Below, piece by piece: positions 63,034 through 64,000 of a stretch of 64,000 nt of DNA. The notes below the pieces were generated by a model. That model saw only the letters and a program-made list of their open reading frames with translations, was not told the DNA's origin and made no database searches. Both the position numbers and the translations under genes were made by a program. The stretch lies in assembly GCF_006345805.1 (NCBI RefSeq), contig NC_043013.1, positions 27,590,001 through 27,654,000 of the forward strand. The letters run 5' to 3'. Every line of letters starts with the position of its first letter. Position 1 is the stretch's first letter. Source of the stretch: Octopus sinensis (lineage: Eukaryota).

Positions 63034-63300
63034 TGTTAGAAACATTTACCTAAGTTAATAGCAAGTTCCATTCTTAGGTTTTTAACCAACAAACTACCAA
63101 AATGACACCTTACGACTTCTTGCATTTAATGCCTAATCTCTCTCCCTATCTCACGCAGACTGTTACTATTTATAGTCGTTTCGTCAATCTAGTCTTGCAG
63201 GGTGTGTCACGACGCTCGTCATATCTCCTCTTTTGAAATTTTGACTACCACAGGAAACAAAATTTATTTTATTTTGATTTTTTTTTTTCTCTTTCTAACA
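63034..63300 (-). mobile_element. 3' LTR of a Gypsy-type retrotransposon (267 bp)
   Basis: TG...CA with 9-bp inverted termini tgttagaaa / tttctaaca; preceded on the minus strand by polypurine tract aagaaaagggggagg; internal tataaata and attaaa. Confidence 0.85.
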
Positions 63301-64000
63301 CCTCCCCCTTTTCTTGAGATTTTGATTCCCTAGGGAGTTCAATACCTTTTCTGCTTAAGAATTATTTCAAAATGTTCAGTCTGTTTATGTATTTTATTAC
63401 TGCTCTTTCTAGGCTCGATCTCTTTTGGCACTGTCACAACGAACATGTAAAACGCTTCCATTGGAATTTCCTTCCTTTCTTCCATATGTCTAGTTTTTAA
63501 TTGATTTAAGTGTTGTTTATACTCCCATCGTTGGCCTTTTATTAAGTACATCATGTTTCCACTTTTTGTAGTCACTCTGCCATCCACCCAACCTTCTTTA
63601 CTGTTCTTGTATATTTTGAAATGGATTTTGTCTCCCACATCAAAATGTTTTGTTGAATTTTTTTTTGTATTTTCTTCATGTTAACAATTCTTTGAAGATA
63701 GAGTTTATCTCCCAAGTGAACATTAGCTCTGCAGGTGACTTGCCTGAACTGGTATTTGGATTGGGTGTTATTCTGTATACCCATTGTCCAATACTATGGT
63801 GTCCGGAACACTGTATCAAGCAAAAAGTTTGTGCAGGAATTTTATTATTGCCTTTGAGGTTGGTTGACTGCACCGACATACTTCCAGCCCCTTGGTAAAG
63901 CTATCAACAATGATCAAGTGGTACATGTCATTCATTGGTCCAACATAATCTGTATGTACCCTGGACCATGGACTATCAGTCTCAGGCCATGATTAGTATT
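63301..64000 (-). pseudogene. Gypsy integrase C-terminal region, degenerate; element runs off the window
   Basis: WPETDSPWSRVHTDYVGP...IVDSFTK...PDTIVLDNG, then RITPNP...SPAELMF and ORF 63339..63638; stops and an internal deletion. Confidence 0.88.

Overview
AT-rich, repeat-dense eukaryotic genomic DNA. The SINE/LINE/Helitron repertoire resembles that of octopus genomes (inference, not a database result). The only host gene I can support is a minus-strand POGLUT2/KDELC1-like ER protein O-glucosyltransferase (filamin-like domain + CAP10/GT90 domain, C-terminal HEEL). I reconstructed eight coding exons between 41831 and 3045 with consistent splice phases: 1333 nt, about 443 aa plus stop, including one GC-AG intron. 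The first exon (signal peptide) was not found in the window. The rest is mostly transposable elements: three tRNA-type SINE families, RTE LINEs (one with an embedded PHD-like finger), an R4/Dong-type LINE, a Tx1/L1 fragment, mariner relics, piggyBac and hAT MITEs, Penelope-like ends with hammerhead-ribozyme-like cores, Helitron Rep and helicase relics, a dense nest of non-autonomous Helitrons (57-60 kb) and the 3' end of a Gypsy LTR element. I found no clear new biological system. The most interesting signals are splice-related structures in the POGLUT2 introns (triplicated acceptor, nested and exon-flanking inverted repeats, exon-flanking direct repeats) and unusual element architecture. TE boundaries without TSDs or terminal motifs are approximate.
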